A stretch of DNA of 64,000 nucleotides, from positions 133,856-197,855 of the forward strand of contig JACPAG010000001.1 in NCBI GenBank assembly GCA_016180945.1, written 5' to 3'. Position 1 is the first letter of the stretch, and each line of letters starts with the position of its first letter. The DNA is from Candidatus Aenigmatarchaeota archaeon. Lineage in GTDB: Archaea; Aenigmatarchaeota; Aenigmatarchaeia; GW2011-AR5. The notes beneath the pieces were generated by a model. That model was not told the DNA's origin. It did no database searches and saw nothing but the letters and a program-made list of their open reading frames with translations. Shown one piece after another: positions 30,501-39,320 of the stretch. The position numbers and the translations under genes are program-made.

Positions 30501-30936
30501 TTCCGGGCTGGAAGATTTGCACGATGTAATAGTCATAGCCAGCACAAACAGGCCGGATATCATAGACCCCGCATTGCTTCGTCCTGGTAGATTCGACCGC
30601 CAGGTCCTGGTCCCGACGCCTGATGAAAAAGCAAGGCTTGAAGTGCTCAAAGTCCATACAAGGGGGATGCCGCTTGCAAATGATGTGAATATCGAAAAGC
30701 TGGCAAGGGAGACAGGAGGATTTTCCGGAGCAGATCTGGAATCTCTCGCCCGCGAAGCAGGCATGCACGCCATGAGAAAGGATACAGAGGCAAAAGAAGT
30801 CACGGCCCGGGACTTCAGCCAGGCGCTGAAGGAGATAAAGCCGTCGGTCAGCGAAGAGATGAACCAGTTCTACGAGTCGATGATAAAGAAAAGAAAGTCG
30901 CAGAAAATGGAAGAAGAGATTCTGTACACTGGTTAA
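27583..30936 (+). CDS. cdc48: CDC48/VAT AAA ATPase containing an intein
   Basis: Two AAA modules ([19 protein letters not shown]). Confidence 0.95.
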   Translation: MEEDLKLKVGELTERGDFGRGIIRISAKDMKRLSITEGDIVEMEGKRKTAAIAVRAYPADVGLDIIRMDGLERRNCGAGIGEPVKIKKADAKEAKAVTIAPARKGIAIHMGGNLLKQNLLMRPLVTGDIIIPNPVVQDRRNQSTLFEQFFGMDFGDFLFTPFGEEKFVVVSTDPKGIVRVTRATDVELLPQATTPLEEKNIPDVTYEDLGGLHDEIQKVREMIELPLKHPELFERLGIEPPKGILLHGPPGCLTGEALVAIEDGRLVRIGELGKNLVPGIYVADLPVYPPAHAKAIHVYDVPETVEVITKSGRRLKMTPNHPLMTDKGWVEAEKLKIGDNVKIFNWLPNPQNYVPTNFVLNEKRLVNEIKVPKIWDEKLAELIGIFVAEGSIDARRIKFTIHRDESELRERIVSLLHEIFSVDVTERVGITKAVRRIRAANRGIWDFFKPLWTKEKVIPQEILLSPNAVASGFLRGLFEGDGSVVKKNRHFDRAVTLKSKSRQLLEEVQVLLLRWAIRSSIYSYKELYGESSVLKIRGRDNLKKYKENIGFISKIKTEKLVEQLSTYKRKTPNENSEFEPVREVRKVNGWERVYDFEVPTTHSFFSNGILSHNTGKTLLAKAVANESGARFIVINGPEVMSKFYGESEENLRKVFEQAEKNAPSIIFIDEIDSIAPKREEVRGEVEKRVVSQMLTLMDGLKNRGKVIVIGATNIPNSLDPALRRPGRFDREIELGVPNKIGRKEILEIHTRGMPLMKDVELDKIAEITYGYVGADIAALCKEAAMHALRRVLPDMGIIKEDKPIPQEVLKKLVVNKEDFDHALKMVEPSAMREVLIEIPNVKWDDIGGLENIKQSLKEVIEWPLKYGESFKRLGIRPPTGVLLYGPPGCGKTLLAKAVANESGANFISVKGPELLSMWVGESERHVRDVFRRAKQVAPAIIFFDEIDALVPRRGYGTDSQVTERVVSQLLGEISGLEDLHDVIVIASTNRPDIIDPALLRPGRFDRQVLVPTPDEKARLEVLKVHTRGMPLANDVNIEKLARETGGFSGADLESLAREAGMHAMRKDTEAKEVTARDFSQALKEIKPSVSEEMNQFYESMIKKRKSQKMEEEILYTG
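28336..29421 (+). mobile_element. Intein with LAGLIDADG endonuclease in the Cdc48 D1 Walker A motif
   Basis: GPPG|CLTG...SHN|TGKT; [14 protein letters not shown] and [10 protein letters not shown] motifs. Confidence 0.93.
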
Positions 30937-31126
30937 GTTCTGGCGGTACGTTCTGTTAGGAAAAAGCAGTCATCTTTTATCTAAGAAGAAAAAGTAGATA
31001 TTATGGTTAAGAAATCATAAACAATGTTTCAGTACAGTAAAAAATGTGCGGAAACAATCAATAAAAAAACATCATAATTGGTTGAAGAATGATTAAAGAG
31101 AAGTGTGATGAAAAGGGTGAAGGAAA

Positions 31127-31189
31127 ATGCCAAAGAAAAAAGGGAGAAAAAAATGGGAAAGAATAAATAGAAGAAGAAAAAAGAGATAG
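31127..31189 (+). CDS. 20-aa basic peptide (eL41-like composition)
   Basis: MPKKKGRKKWERINRRRKKR preceded by GGGTGA. Confidence 0.45.
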   Translation: MPKKKGRKKWERINRRRKKR

Positions 31190-31317
31190 AATTGATTGAA
31201 AGAAGGTTTCAGATCCCTAAAATCTGCTCCTATAATTAGTGGCTGGAAGACAGGGAAAACTTCCTGAACATAAAGATATTCACGGACTTTTTGTGCAAAG
31301 CTTGATGGTGATACTCC

Positions 31318-31797
31318 ATGAAAAATTTCTCTGAGAAACTGGAAGACTCGGATTCCATAGTCGAAGTCTTCAGTCTTGTAAAAGAGGCCGTTGATTGCAC
31401 GCTGGCCGAATCCCGTGCCGGCCTCAACCTGGGATTTGTCGAGCTCGGCAATTCCAGTCAGTGCGTATTCGCGTTTTATCCGGTCGGCTCGAACATAATC
31501 GTCATGAACAAGACGCCGATAAGAAGGGTAATGGAAACAAAACCGGAATTTCTGAAGCCTTACGTTTTCACGACCCTGCTGCACGAGTATCTGCACAGCT
31601 TAGGTTATTTGAACGAATTTGAAGTAAGAAAGCTGACATGCGCTATATGCAAGCGCCTGTTCGGCAATGGCGTCATAAGCGAATTCGCATGCGGCATAGA
31701 AAGGTATCTTCCTTACGTCACTTATCCCGGCGGCTCCCCGGCAACAGAAAACGAGATACAGGTTCTTGAAATAGAAGAGCAGGATTACATCGGGTGA
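31318..31797 (+). CDS. HExxH zinc-metallopeptidase-like protein
   Basis: LLHEYLHSLG motif. Confidence 0.7.
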   Translation: MKNFSEKLEDSDSIVEVFSLVKEAVDCTLAESRAGLNLGFVELGNSSQCVFAFYPVGSNIIVMNKTPIRRVMETKPEFLKPYVFTTLLHEYLHSLGYLNEFEVRKLTCAICKRLFGNGVISEFACGIERYLPYVTYPGGSPATENEIQVLEIEEQDYIG

Positions 31798-31807
31798 AAA
31801 GTTTCTT

Positions 31808-31955
31808 TTGACTGCAACTCCCCTTTTTGCTGCTGCAAACATTCGAATGACTTAAATGAGGAGAGCCATTTTATTTCTTTTCCGCAAGCGCTTTTCGGAA
31901 CAACTAGACGCACAGCTGTGCGTCAGCCCATTCAACGAAAAGGGCCTAAAGGAGC
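31808..31955 (-). repeat. Mosaic of hairpin modules (A-like, C and tRNA-Leu-intron-like) between convergent genes
   Basis: C palindrome at 31907-31924; AAAAGCGCTTGCGGAAAA shared with tRNA-Leu intron 2; AAAATGGC-TCTC...GCAAAAAGGGGAG. Confidence 0.7.
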
Positions 31956-32492
31956 TTATTTGTGGTACTTCTCCCACACCCCTATAAACTTTTCAAAATT
32001 CGCAAGAATCATCCTCCCGTCCCCGCCCTTTTCCGGATTGAACTGAACACCGAAAAGCGGATTCTCGACGTGCAGGATTATTTCAAAATCGTATTTTGCA
32101 GACCGTGCCATAGGCTCGAAAGACTCGGGCAGCTCTTCAATGACGTTCTCGTAGCTTTCAAAGACCGTGAAATTCCTTTTCATGTCCAATGTTAACGGAG
32201 ACGGCTTTTCCACCATGACTCTTTCCTGTCTTTCTGTTTTGGCCGTTTTTTTGATTTTCCCGCCGAAGGCAGCCGCGACGAATAGCGAGCCGGCCCCTAT
32301 GCCCAAAACAGGCTTTGCCGAGCTTTTGATTATTTTTTCATTGTCTTTTTGGTGCGAAAGCGACCCGTCAGAAAGAATATAAGCGGATGCTTTGACAGAA
32401 CCGGCCTCGCTGGGTTTTACGATTTTATTCTGCATCCTCAAGAATCCGGAAATCTCTTCCGCGCCTTTTCCGTTGTTCACAATCAGGAGCAT
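31956..32492 (-). CDS. Class I glutamine amidotransferase-like protein, probably inactive
   Basis: PVLGIGAG (catalytic Cys absent) and GVQFNPE (His absent). Confidence 0.75.
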   Translation of the reverse strand: MLLIVNNGKGAEEISGFLRMQNKIVKPSEAGSVKASAYILSDGSLSHQKDNEKIIKSSAKPVLGIGAGSLFVAAAFGGKIKKTAKTERQERVMVEKPSPLTLDMKRNFTVFESYENVIEELPESFEPMARSAKYDFEIILHVENPLFGVQFNPEKGGDGRMILANFEKFIGVWEKYHK

Positions 32493-32553
32493 ACAAACCA
32501 AATCAGAATTTCCATTGAAACTTTATAAGCTTTTGCCAGTGTAATTTTGTACT

Positions 32554-33141
32554 ATGGCTGAAGTAAAAGTTTTAATTGAAGGCTATGCAAAACAACTTAA
32601 AAAAGGGTGGGTGGCAAGTTCCACTACTTGTTTGATTACCGCAGAAAATAAAAAAATAATTACAGATCCGGGATGTAATCGTGAAAAACTATTAGAAGCA
32701 CTGGATAAGGAAGGCCTAACTACGGACGATATCAATTATGTTTTTCTATCTCATTGCCATCCCGACCATATTTTGCTTGCAGGGATTTTTGAAAAAGCAA
32801 GATTTGTAACTTTTGATACTAATTTAATGTACGATAAAGATATGATGCTCGAATTTGACAAACACGTATTAGGGAAAGATATTGAAATTATTGAAACACC
32901 GGGACACATGCTTGAACATCTTTCACTTTTAGTCAATACCCCCACAGGGAAAGTAGCAATTGCTGGTGATGTCATTTGGTGGATTGAAGGAGAAAAACAG
33001 GTATTTGATATAAATCAAAAAGACCATACGCAAGCAAAAGGAATGGACATGGAAAAATTGATTGAAAGCCGGAAGAAGCTTTTAGATAATACAGATTACA
33101 TAATCCCCGGACATGGAAAAATGTTTAAAGTTGAAAAATAA
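32554..33141 (+). CDS. MBL-fold protein (MBLAC1-like)
   Basis: SHCHPDH, TPGH and PGHG motifs; AT-rich. Confidence 0.8.
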   Translation: MAEVKVLIEGYAKQLKKGWVASSTTCLITAENKKIITDPGCNREKLLEALDKEGLTTDDINYVFLSHCHPDHILLAGIFEKARFVTFDTNLMYDKDMMLEFDKHVLGKDIEIIETPGHMLEHLSLLVNTPTGKVAIAGDVIWWIEGEKQVFDINQKDHTQAKGMDMEKLIESRKKLLDNTDYIIPGHGKMFKVEK

Positions 33142-33171
33142 TTTTTTCGGCGCGTCCCCAAATTATTCTAT

Positions 33172-34083
33172 TTATTTTGTAGTTACTATAGGTTCTTCTT
33201 CTACTATAATCGTGTGTTCATATTGCGAAACAAGTCCGTTCGCAACCTCCTTCAGCGGCGCGTAGTCGTAAATGACGCCTTTTTCCCGCAATTCTTTTAA
33301 TGCAATCCGTATTTTGAACAGCGAATCCGGCAAACCAAAGCTTGCTGCTTCCTTGTCCATCAGCCATCTTTCCGCAAAAGGCAGTCCGTTGAACCTTTGC
33401 ACGAAATCTATGATTTTTCGTGCGTCCTGGTTCCTGACGGGTCTTGATTTTAGAAACATGAATATCAGTATCGGTTCCGTTTCCTTTATTCTTCCCGCGC
33501 CCGCCGTGGCAAAAGGCTCTATTGCTATCACCTGGCCTTCCGATAGACGTTTCAGCCCGTTAAATCTTACATTCGGAATCTGCGGCTCTGCGTGCAGATG
33601 ATAATTTTCAAGCCCGTGGCCTGTAAGGTTTGAAACCGGATTGAAGCCGTAGCCGCGTATGGTTTCCTCTATTTTCGAAGAGATGTCAGAAATAAGCGCG
33701 CCCGGCTTTGCAACGGCAACAGCATTTTCCAATGCCGTTTTAGACGCTTCTGAAAGTTTCTCATGGGCTTCGCTAAACGATATTGTGTAAGCAGTGTCAG
33801 CCACGTACCCGTCTACATGAACACCCAAGTCAACCTTTAGTACGTCGTTTCTTTTTAGCGTCGTTTCATCCCCTTTGTACGGCGTGTAGTGCGCGGCCAG
33901 TTCATTCAGCGAAAGGTTTAACGGAAAAGCCGGATGCCCGCCCTTTTCTTTTATCATGCCTTCAAGTTTCCCGGCTATCTCAACAAGCTTTATTCCCGGT
34001 TTTATGATGTTTCGTCCTTCTTCCATCACTTCAGAAGCGATTTTACCCGCCCTGATGTATTTTTCTTTTATCTCGTCGTCCAT
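33172..34083 (-). CDS. map: Type II methionine aminopeptidase
   Basis: AAHYTP, DLGVHVDGYVAD, GHG, IEPF and QYEHT motifs. Confidence 0.95.
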   Translation of the reverse strand: MDDEIKEKYIRAGKIASEVMEEGRNIIKPGIKLVEIAGKLEGMIKEKGGHPAFPLNLSLNELAAHYTPYKGDETTLKRNDVLKVDLGVHVDGYVADTAYTISFSEAHEKLSEASKTALENAVAVAKPGALISDISSKIEETIRGYGFNPVSNLTGHGLENYHLHAEPQIPNVRFNGLKRLSEGQVIAIEPFATAGAGRIKETEPILIFMFLKSRPVRNQDARKIIDFVQRFNGLPFAERWLMDKEAASFGLPDSLFKIRIALKELREKGVIYDYAPLKEVANGLVSQYEHTIIVEEEPIVTTK

Positions 34084-34124
34084 ATCCCCTTTGCTCCGGC
34101 AAAGTCGATTGCCATATTATTATA
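34084..34124 (-). repeat. Minimal A element before map
   Basis: TATAATAATATGGCAATCGACTTTGCCGGAGCAAAGGGGAT then ATG. Confidence 0.85.
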
Positions 34125-34135
34125 AATTTTCACTT

Positions 34136-34777
34136 TTACCTTACTATGCTTTTTAGATCTGGCAAGGAATCTATTAAAAAGTCTGGCTTTGCAGCCGCCA
34201 AAACGTCTTTGTTTTGAAACCCGTACGTCGCGGCTATCGTTGTTATGCCAGCAGACTTGCCAGCTAAAATATCGTATGCCGTATCGCCTACAATTGCCGC
34301 CTTGCTTCTGGAAACGCCCGCCAAATCCAGAATTTTGTCGATTACTTCCGGATTCGGCTTTGGTTTTCGGACATCGTCTGCCCCAAGAACAAATTTGAAA
34401 TATTTTCTTATCGCCATCCCTTTCAGCAGAATTTCCGCTTCGTTGGAGTATTTTGTTGTCGCCACAGCCAGCTTACTGGATTTTAGGTATTCCAAAACGT
34501 CGATAACGCCGTCGTATACCTTTGTCCCTTGCACGCACGTCTTGCCATATATCTGCCTATACATCCTAGAGCAATTCCTTGCCTCGCCCTTCATACTATT
34601 CGGAAGATATCTTTCAAACATCTGGTCAAGCGGCATACCAATCATCTTTATGATATTTTTGTCGCTTACAGAAATTCCTGCCGCCTTGATGAGAACTTGG
34701 TTGAATGTGTTGGTTATGGCTTCTGTTGAGTCTACAAGTACCCCGTCCAGGTCAAAAATTACCAGGTCGAATTTCAT
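34136..34777 (-). CDS. HAD-family phosphatase (Gph/PpaX-like)
   Basis: FDLDGVLVDS, KPNP and GD...D motifs. Confidence 0.85.
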   Translation of the reverse strand: MKFDLVIFDLDGVLVDSTEAITNTFNQVLIKAAGISVSDKNIIKMIGMPLDQMFERYLPNSMKGEARNCSRMYRQIYGKTCVQGTKVYDGVIDVLEYLKSSKLAVATTKYSNEAEILLKGMAIRKYFKFVLGADDVRKPKPNPEVIDKILDLAGVSRSKAAIVGDTAYDILAGKSAGITTIAATYGFQNKDVLAAAKPDFLIDSLPDLKSIVR

Positions 34778-34861
34778 GATAGCACCCGTAGCCTAAGCGG
34801 TTAATTAATAGCGTCTTCAAAGCGTTTAAATCCTTTCTGGCGAAAGTAAAAGAGGGTTTGA

Positions 34862-35566
34862 GTGTTCGAAAAAAGCCACGGAATAATCGTCTCGTGCGAT
34901 GTAAAATCCGTCGATGAGTTAAAAAACCTTGTTATTTCTACGGCAGGCATAGACGGTATCGTTGGTTACAAGTTAGGATTTATGCTCGGCTTGCGATACG
35001 GCCTTCCGGACATCGTGTCGCTGGTTAAAGACGAGTCGGACCTGCCCGTCATTTACGATTATCAGAAAGCCGGGACTGATATACCGGAAATGGCCGATAA
35101 CTTCGCATCAATCATGAAGGACGTTCAGGTGGATTCTGCCATCATATTTCCGCAGGCCGGCCCCGCGACCCACGAGGCTTTTGTAAACGCCCTGAAAAAA
35201 GCCGGCGTAATCCCTATGGTCGGCGGGGAAATGACGCATCCGCAATATCTGGAAAAAGACGGCGGTTACATAAGAAACGATGCGCCGGAAGATATCTATA
35301 AACTTGCTGCAAGTCTCGGCGTGGAGTATTTCATAGTTCCCGGAAACAAACCGGACTCTGTCAAAAAATATGCAGAATTATTGGCCGAAGCCAGCCCGAA
35401 ATTCTGCATGCCGGGCATCGGCCGCCAGGGAGGCGACATCGAAACAGCCTTCAATGCGTGCGGCGAATTTGATGCTTACGCAATAATAGGCGCAGCCATA
35501 TACAAGTCTTCCGACGTAAAGCAGGCTGCAAAAAAATTCTGCGAAACAGCATTGAGGTTTGCCTGA
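34862..35566 (+). CDS. pyrF: Orotidine-5'-phosphate decarboxylase
   Basis: DYQKAGTDIP and PGIGRQGG motifs; pyr operon. Confidence 0.88.
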   Translation: MFEKSHGIIVSCDVKSVDELKNLVISTAGIDGIVGYKLGFMLGLRYGLPDIVSLVKDESDLPVIYDYQKAGTDIPEMADNFASIMKDVQVDSAIIFPQAGPATHEAFVNALKKAGVIPMVGGEMTHPQYLEKDGGYIRNDAPEDIYKLAASLGVEYFIVPGNKPDSVKKYAELLAEASPKFCMPGIGRQGGDIETAFNACGEFDAYAIIGAAIYKSSDVKQAAKKFCETALRFA

Positions 35567-36279
35567 TGGAGAAACTAAAAAAAGAATTTCTTGATATGCT
35601 GGTCAAAAAAGGCGCGCTGAGGATAGCGTCCGGAACAGATGACTTTTTTGTTTTCAAGAGCGGCCGCAGGTCCCCGAACTTCATTAATATCGGCGCGCTG
35701 ACGGACGGAGAATCGTTGTCGGCCCTGAAAAAAGCGTATGCAACTCTTATCTATAATTTGCTGAAAGAAAAGAAAATCCAGGATTTTGATTTTATATTCG
35801 GTCCTGCATACAAGGGAATAAACATGGCATGCCTCGCCTGCGAAGGGCTTTACGAGATAGGAATAAACAAAAGATACATGTACGACAGAAAAGAGGAGAA
35901 GAACTATGCAGACAAGCAGATGGACCAGCTCATTGTAGGATCCGGGTATTTTAAACAGGGCCAGAAAATCTTGCTGATAGACGACGTAATAACAACCGGC
36001 GGAACAAAGCTTGATGCATTGGACAAGCTAAAAGTTTTGGGTGACCACAAAGTTATTGGACTTGTCCTCGCCTTGGACAGGCAGGAAAAAATGGGTGACG
36101 TAGTTAACGTTGAGGGCAAAAGCGCAGTTGAAAATATTGAAGCCCTTGGTATACCATGCTTTTCGATACTCGATATGCAGGATATCTTCTCCCTTGTAAA
36201 AGATTCTATTCCGGGAGACATAAAAAAATACTGGATAGAATATTACGACAAGTATGGCGTTGTAAAATTGCATGATTAA
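35566..36279 (+). CDS. pyrE: Orotate phosphoribosyltransferase
   Basis: KSGRRSP, GPAYKG and DDVITTG motifs. Confidence 0.9.
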   Translation: MEKLKKEFLDMLVKKGALRIASGTDDFFVFKSGRRSPNFINIGALTDGESLSALKKAYATLIYNLLKEKKIQDFDFIFGPAYKGINMACLACEGLYEIGINKRYMYDRKEEKNYADKQMDQLIVGSGYFKQGQKILLIDDVITTGGTKLDALDKLKVLGDHKVIGLVLALDRQEKMGDVVNVEGKSAVENIEALGIPCFSILDMQDIFSLVKDSIPGDIKKYWIEYYDKYGVVKLHD

Positions 36280-36304
36280 CCGGCGATTAAACGGTCGTGA
36301 TTGA

Positions 36305-37222
36305 ATGGTCAGCATAGAAACAAGCATATGCGGCGTACGGCTTGTTAACCCTACTGTTCTTGCTTCAGGCATAGTCGGCGTGTCCGGAGCCGCTTTGGTT
36401 TTCGCCGCAAAGAACGGAGCCGGCGCAGTCGTATCAAAGTCCATCGGCCCGCGCGAGCGCGAAGGACATAACAATCCGGTGCTCGTCGAGTTCGAGGGCG
36501 GCTTTCTTAACGCCGTCGGCCTGCCGAATTCCGGCGTTGAAAATACGATAGATGAAATCAAGTTCGCTATTAAGCATTCGGCTTCTCCGGTTATTGCCAG
36601 CATTTTCGGCGGCACGAAAGAAGAATTCGGTCTCGTCGCAGAGCGTATATCAGAGGCGAAACCTCCGCTAATAGAAGTCAATTTATCGTGCCCTAACACA
36701 GCCAGCGATTTTGGAATGCCGTTTGCTTTGTCCTCAAAAGACGCCGCGGAAGTTATCAGTATAGTCAAAGACAATACAAAAATCCCTGTTATAGCAAAGC
36801 TGGCTCCGAACGTTCCCAGCATAAAAGAAATTGCAAAAGCTGTTGCGGACGCAGGGGCTGACGCTATATCAGCTATAAACACCATGCCAGGCATGGTCAT
36901 TGACATCAAAACATCCAAACCGGTTTTGCATAATAAAGAAGGCGGCGTCAGCGGTCCGGCGCTCAAACCCATAGCCATGAAATGCGTTTATGATATTTAC
37001 GAATCAGTCGACATACCCATAATCGGCATCGGCGGCGTAACTTATGGCAAAGACGCTGTCGAGCTGGCGATGGCCGGCGCATGTGCGGTGCAGATAGGCA
37101 CAGGAATTTATTATCGCGGCATAGAGATTTTCAAAAAGGTATCCGAAGAAATAAAAGAATTTTTACAGGAGCATGGTTATGATAAACTGGAAGACATAAT
37201 TGGGATAGCGCACGACGAGTAA
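36305..37222 (+). CDS. pyrD: Dihydroorotate dehydrogenase B, catalytic subunit
   Basis: NLSCPN, INT and GGVSG motifs. Confidence 0.93.
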   Translation: MVSIETSICGVRLVNPTVLASGIVGVSGAALVFAAKNGAGAVVSKSIGPREREGHNNPVLVEFEGGFLNAVGLPNSGVENTIDEIKFAIKHSASPVIASIFGGTKEEFGLVAERISEAKPPLIEVNLSCPNTASDFGMPFALSSKDAAEVISIVKDNTKIPVIAKLAPNVPSIKEIAKAVADAGADAISAINTMPGMVIDIKTSKPVLHNKEGGVSGPALKPIAMKCVYDIYESVDIPIIGIGGVTYGKDAVELAMAGACAVQIGTGIYYRGIEIFKKVSEEIKEFLQEHGYDKLEDIIGIAHDE

Positions 37223-37225
37223 ATG

Positions 37226-37267
37226 TAATATGGGATACGGCTACGCTACGTAGTAGCGGAGGGGTAT
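37226..37267 (+). repeat. A element (TAC/GTA variant) inside the pyr operon
   Basis: TAATATGG-GATAC-GG-CT-A-CGCTAC-GTA-GTAGCG-G-AG-GG-GTAT. Confidence 0.65.
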
Positions 37268-37268
37268 T

Positions 37269-38075
37269 ATGGAAGCACCAGAAATAGTCAAGATAACAAA
37301 AATTATTGATGAAGCCGAAGGCATAAAGAGCATTTTCCTTGAGAAAAAAATAGACGCGTCGCCAGGCCAGTTCGTGATGGTCTGGATACCGCGCATGGAC
37401 GAGAAACCCTTTGCCATCGCTTATATGGAAAAAGACGGTTTTGGAATAACAGTCGCAGCCGTCGGCCCGTTCTCGAACAAATTCTGCAGCATGAAGCCCG
37501 GCGACAAAGTCGGTTTTAGAGGACCATATGGCACAGGCTACAATCTTGGCAATGCTAAAAAAGTAGTCATGGTTGGAGGCGGTTACGGCTCGGCCTCTCT
37601 TGCTCTTTTGGGCGAGGTTGCAATGAAAAGAGGCGTTGAAGTTGTCTTTATCACAGGCGCGCGAACAAAGAGCAGGCTGATATATGAAGACAGAATCAAA
37701 AAACTGAATGCAAAAAATATCATCGCAACGGACGACGGAAGCTACGGCATAAAAGGCCGTGTAACCGACGCCTTGGAAGATATTCTCAAAAAAGAAAAAA
37801 TAGACAAGGTGTTTGCCTGCGGCCCTGAATTGATGCTGAAAAAGGTTGCCGATATCTGTATAGAGAAAAACGTAGATTGTGAAGTAAGTATAGAAAGGTA
37901 TTACAAATGCGGCTTTGGATTATGCGGCCATTGCTGCGTTGACCCTCTGGGCATAAGAGTTTGCGTTGAAGGACCGGTAATAGATGCAAAGTTGGCGCAG
38001 CAGATTACGGAATTTGGCAATTACCACCGCCTGAAATCCGGCAGAAAGGAAAAGCTTGGTGTAGTGAATGAATGA
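37269..38075 (+). CDS. pyrK: Dihydroorotate dehydrogenase electron transfer subunit
   Basis: PGQF, GPYG, CGP and CGFGLCGHC...C motifs. Confidence 0.92.
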   Translation: MEAPEIVKITKIIDEAEGIKSIFLEKKIDASPGQFVMVWIPRMDEKPFAIAYMEKDGFGITVAAVGPFSNKFCSMKPGDKVGFRGPYGTGYNLGNAKKVVMVGGGYGSASLALLGEVAMKRGVEVVFITGARTKSRLIYEDRIKKLNAKNIIATDDGSYGIKGRVTDALEDILKKEKIDKVFACGPELMLKKVADICIEKNVDCEVSIERYYKCGFGLCGHCCVDPLGIRVCVEGPVIDAKLAQQITEFGNYHRLKSGRKEKLGVVNE

Positions 38076-39291
38076 ACTTTCTATTTCCGGAAGAATAGTC
38101 GACCCGTTGGACGGGGTTTATGATGCAACTGTATTGATAAGAAGAGGCAAAATAGCAACAATAAGCGACAAAGGGTTGGAAGGCAAAAACGTTATTCAAC
38201 TTACATCTTCCCAGTTGCTTTTTCCGGGCTTCATCGACGCCCACGTCCATATGCGCGAGCCCGGATGGGAATACAAGGAAGATTTTCTAAGTGGCAGCAA
38301 AGCTGCTTTGCATGGCGGCGTGACAACGGTAGCCGATATGCCTAACCTGCCGGAGCCGATAACCACCAGAGACCGCTTAGTCAGAAAAATGAAGGTGGCT
38401 GGAAAATCTCTAGTCGATGTTCTGCATTTAGGCGGAGTCGGTCATGATTTATTTAACATAAAAAATCTTGCGGCTCTTGTCCCTGCATTCAAAATATATA
38501 CAGCAAAGAGCACGGGAGAACTGTTTCTTGATGGCTGGGGAAGAATAGAAGAAGCAGTAAAAATTATTTCTAAGCTGGAGAAGCCGGTAACGTTCCATTG
38601 CGAAGAACAGTCGATAATAGACAAAGACCCGTCAAGGCCAAGGGAAGCGGAGATCATAGCAGTCGAAAAAGTGCTTGAGATATGCAAGAAGTATGGAACA
38701 AAGGTAAACATCGCCCACATATCAGTCAAAGAAGCTCTCGAAATAGTTAACGAAAACATCGATCAGATGCAGCTTACCTGTGAGGTTGCCCCCCATCACG
38801 TATTCTTCAACAGGAAAGACGTCAAGGATTCGTTGATGAAAGTGAATCCGCCTCTGCGCGAAAAGAAAGATTCAGAGGCATTGCTCAAAGAATTGAACAA
38901 AGGAAAATGTATGATTGCTACAGACCATGCCCCGCACACGCTGGAAGAAAAAAACTCTGCCAACCCGCCTTCCGGCATGCCAGGCTTGGATACGTACGGA
39001 AATTTTGTTTTGTGGCTGCTGGTTAAACAAAAAATAAAACCGCAGACAATTTCTAAAGTCACGTCATTGAACGCAGCCAACTACCTCGGGATTAAAAACA
39101 AAGCCCGCATAAAAGAAAATTTCGCCGCCGACCTCGTCATACTCGACAAAAAGGGCAAAACAAAGATAGAAAACAAGAATCTATATACAAAGTGCGGCTG
39201 GTCGGCCTTTGACGGAATGACGTTTCCCGGGAAAGTTGTATGCACGATAAGGAATGGAGTGATAACAGCAAAAGACGGCATCGTATTGTAA
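38068..39291 (+). CDS. pyrC: Dihydroorotase
   Basis: DAHVHMREPG, DMPN, NPPLR and TDHAPH motifs. Confidence 0.92.
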   Translation: MNELSISGRIVDPLDGVYDATVLIRRGKIATISDKGLEGKNVIQLTSSQLLFPGFIDAHVHMREPGWEYKEDFLSGSKAALHGGVTTVADMPNLPEPITTRDRLVRKMKVAGKSLVDVLHLGGVGHDLFNIKNLAALVPAFKIYTAKSTGELFLDGWGRIEEAVKIISKLEKPVTFHCEEQSIIDKDPSRPREAEIIAVEKVLEICKKYGTKVNIAHISVKEALEIVNENIDQMQLTCEVAPHHVFFNRKDVKDSLMKVNPPLREKKDSEALLKELNKGKCMIATDHAPHTLEEKNSANPPSGMPGLDTYGNFVLWLLVKQKIKPQTISKVTSLNAANYLGIKNKARIKENFAADLVILDKKGKTKIENKNLYTKCGWSAFDGMTFPGKVVCTIRNGVITAKDGIVL

Positions 39292-39320
39292 CTTTAATAA
39301 TTGAATACGTAACTATTTTT

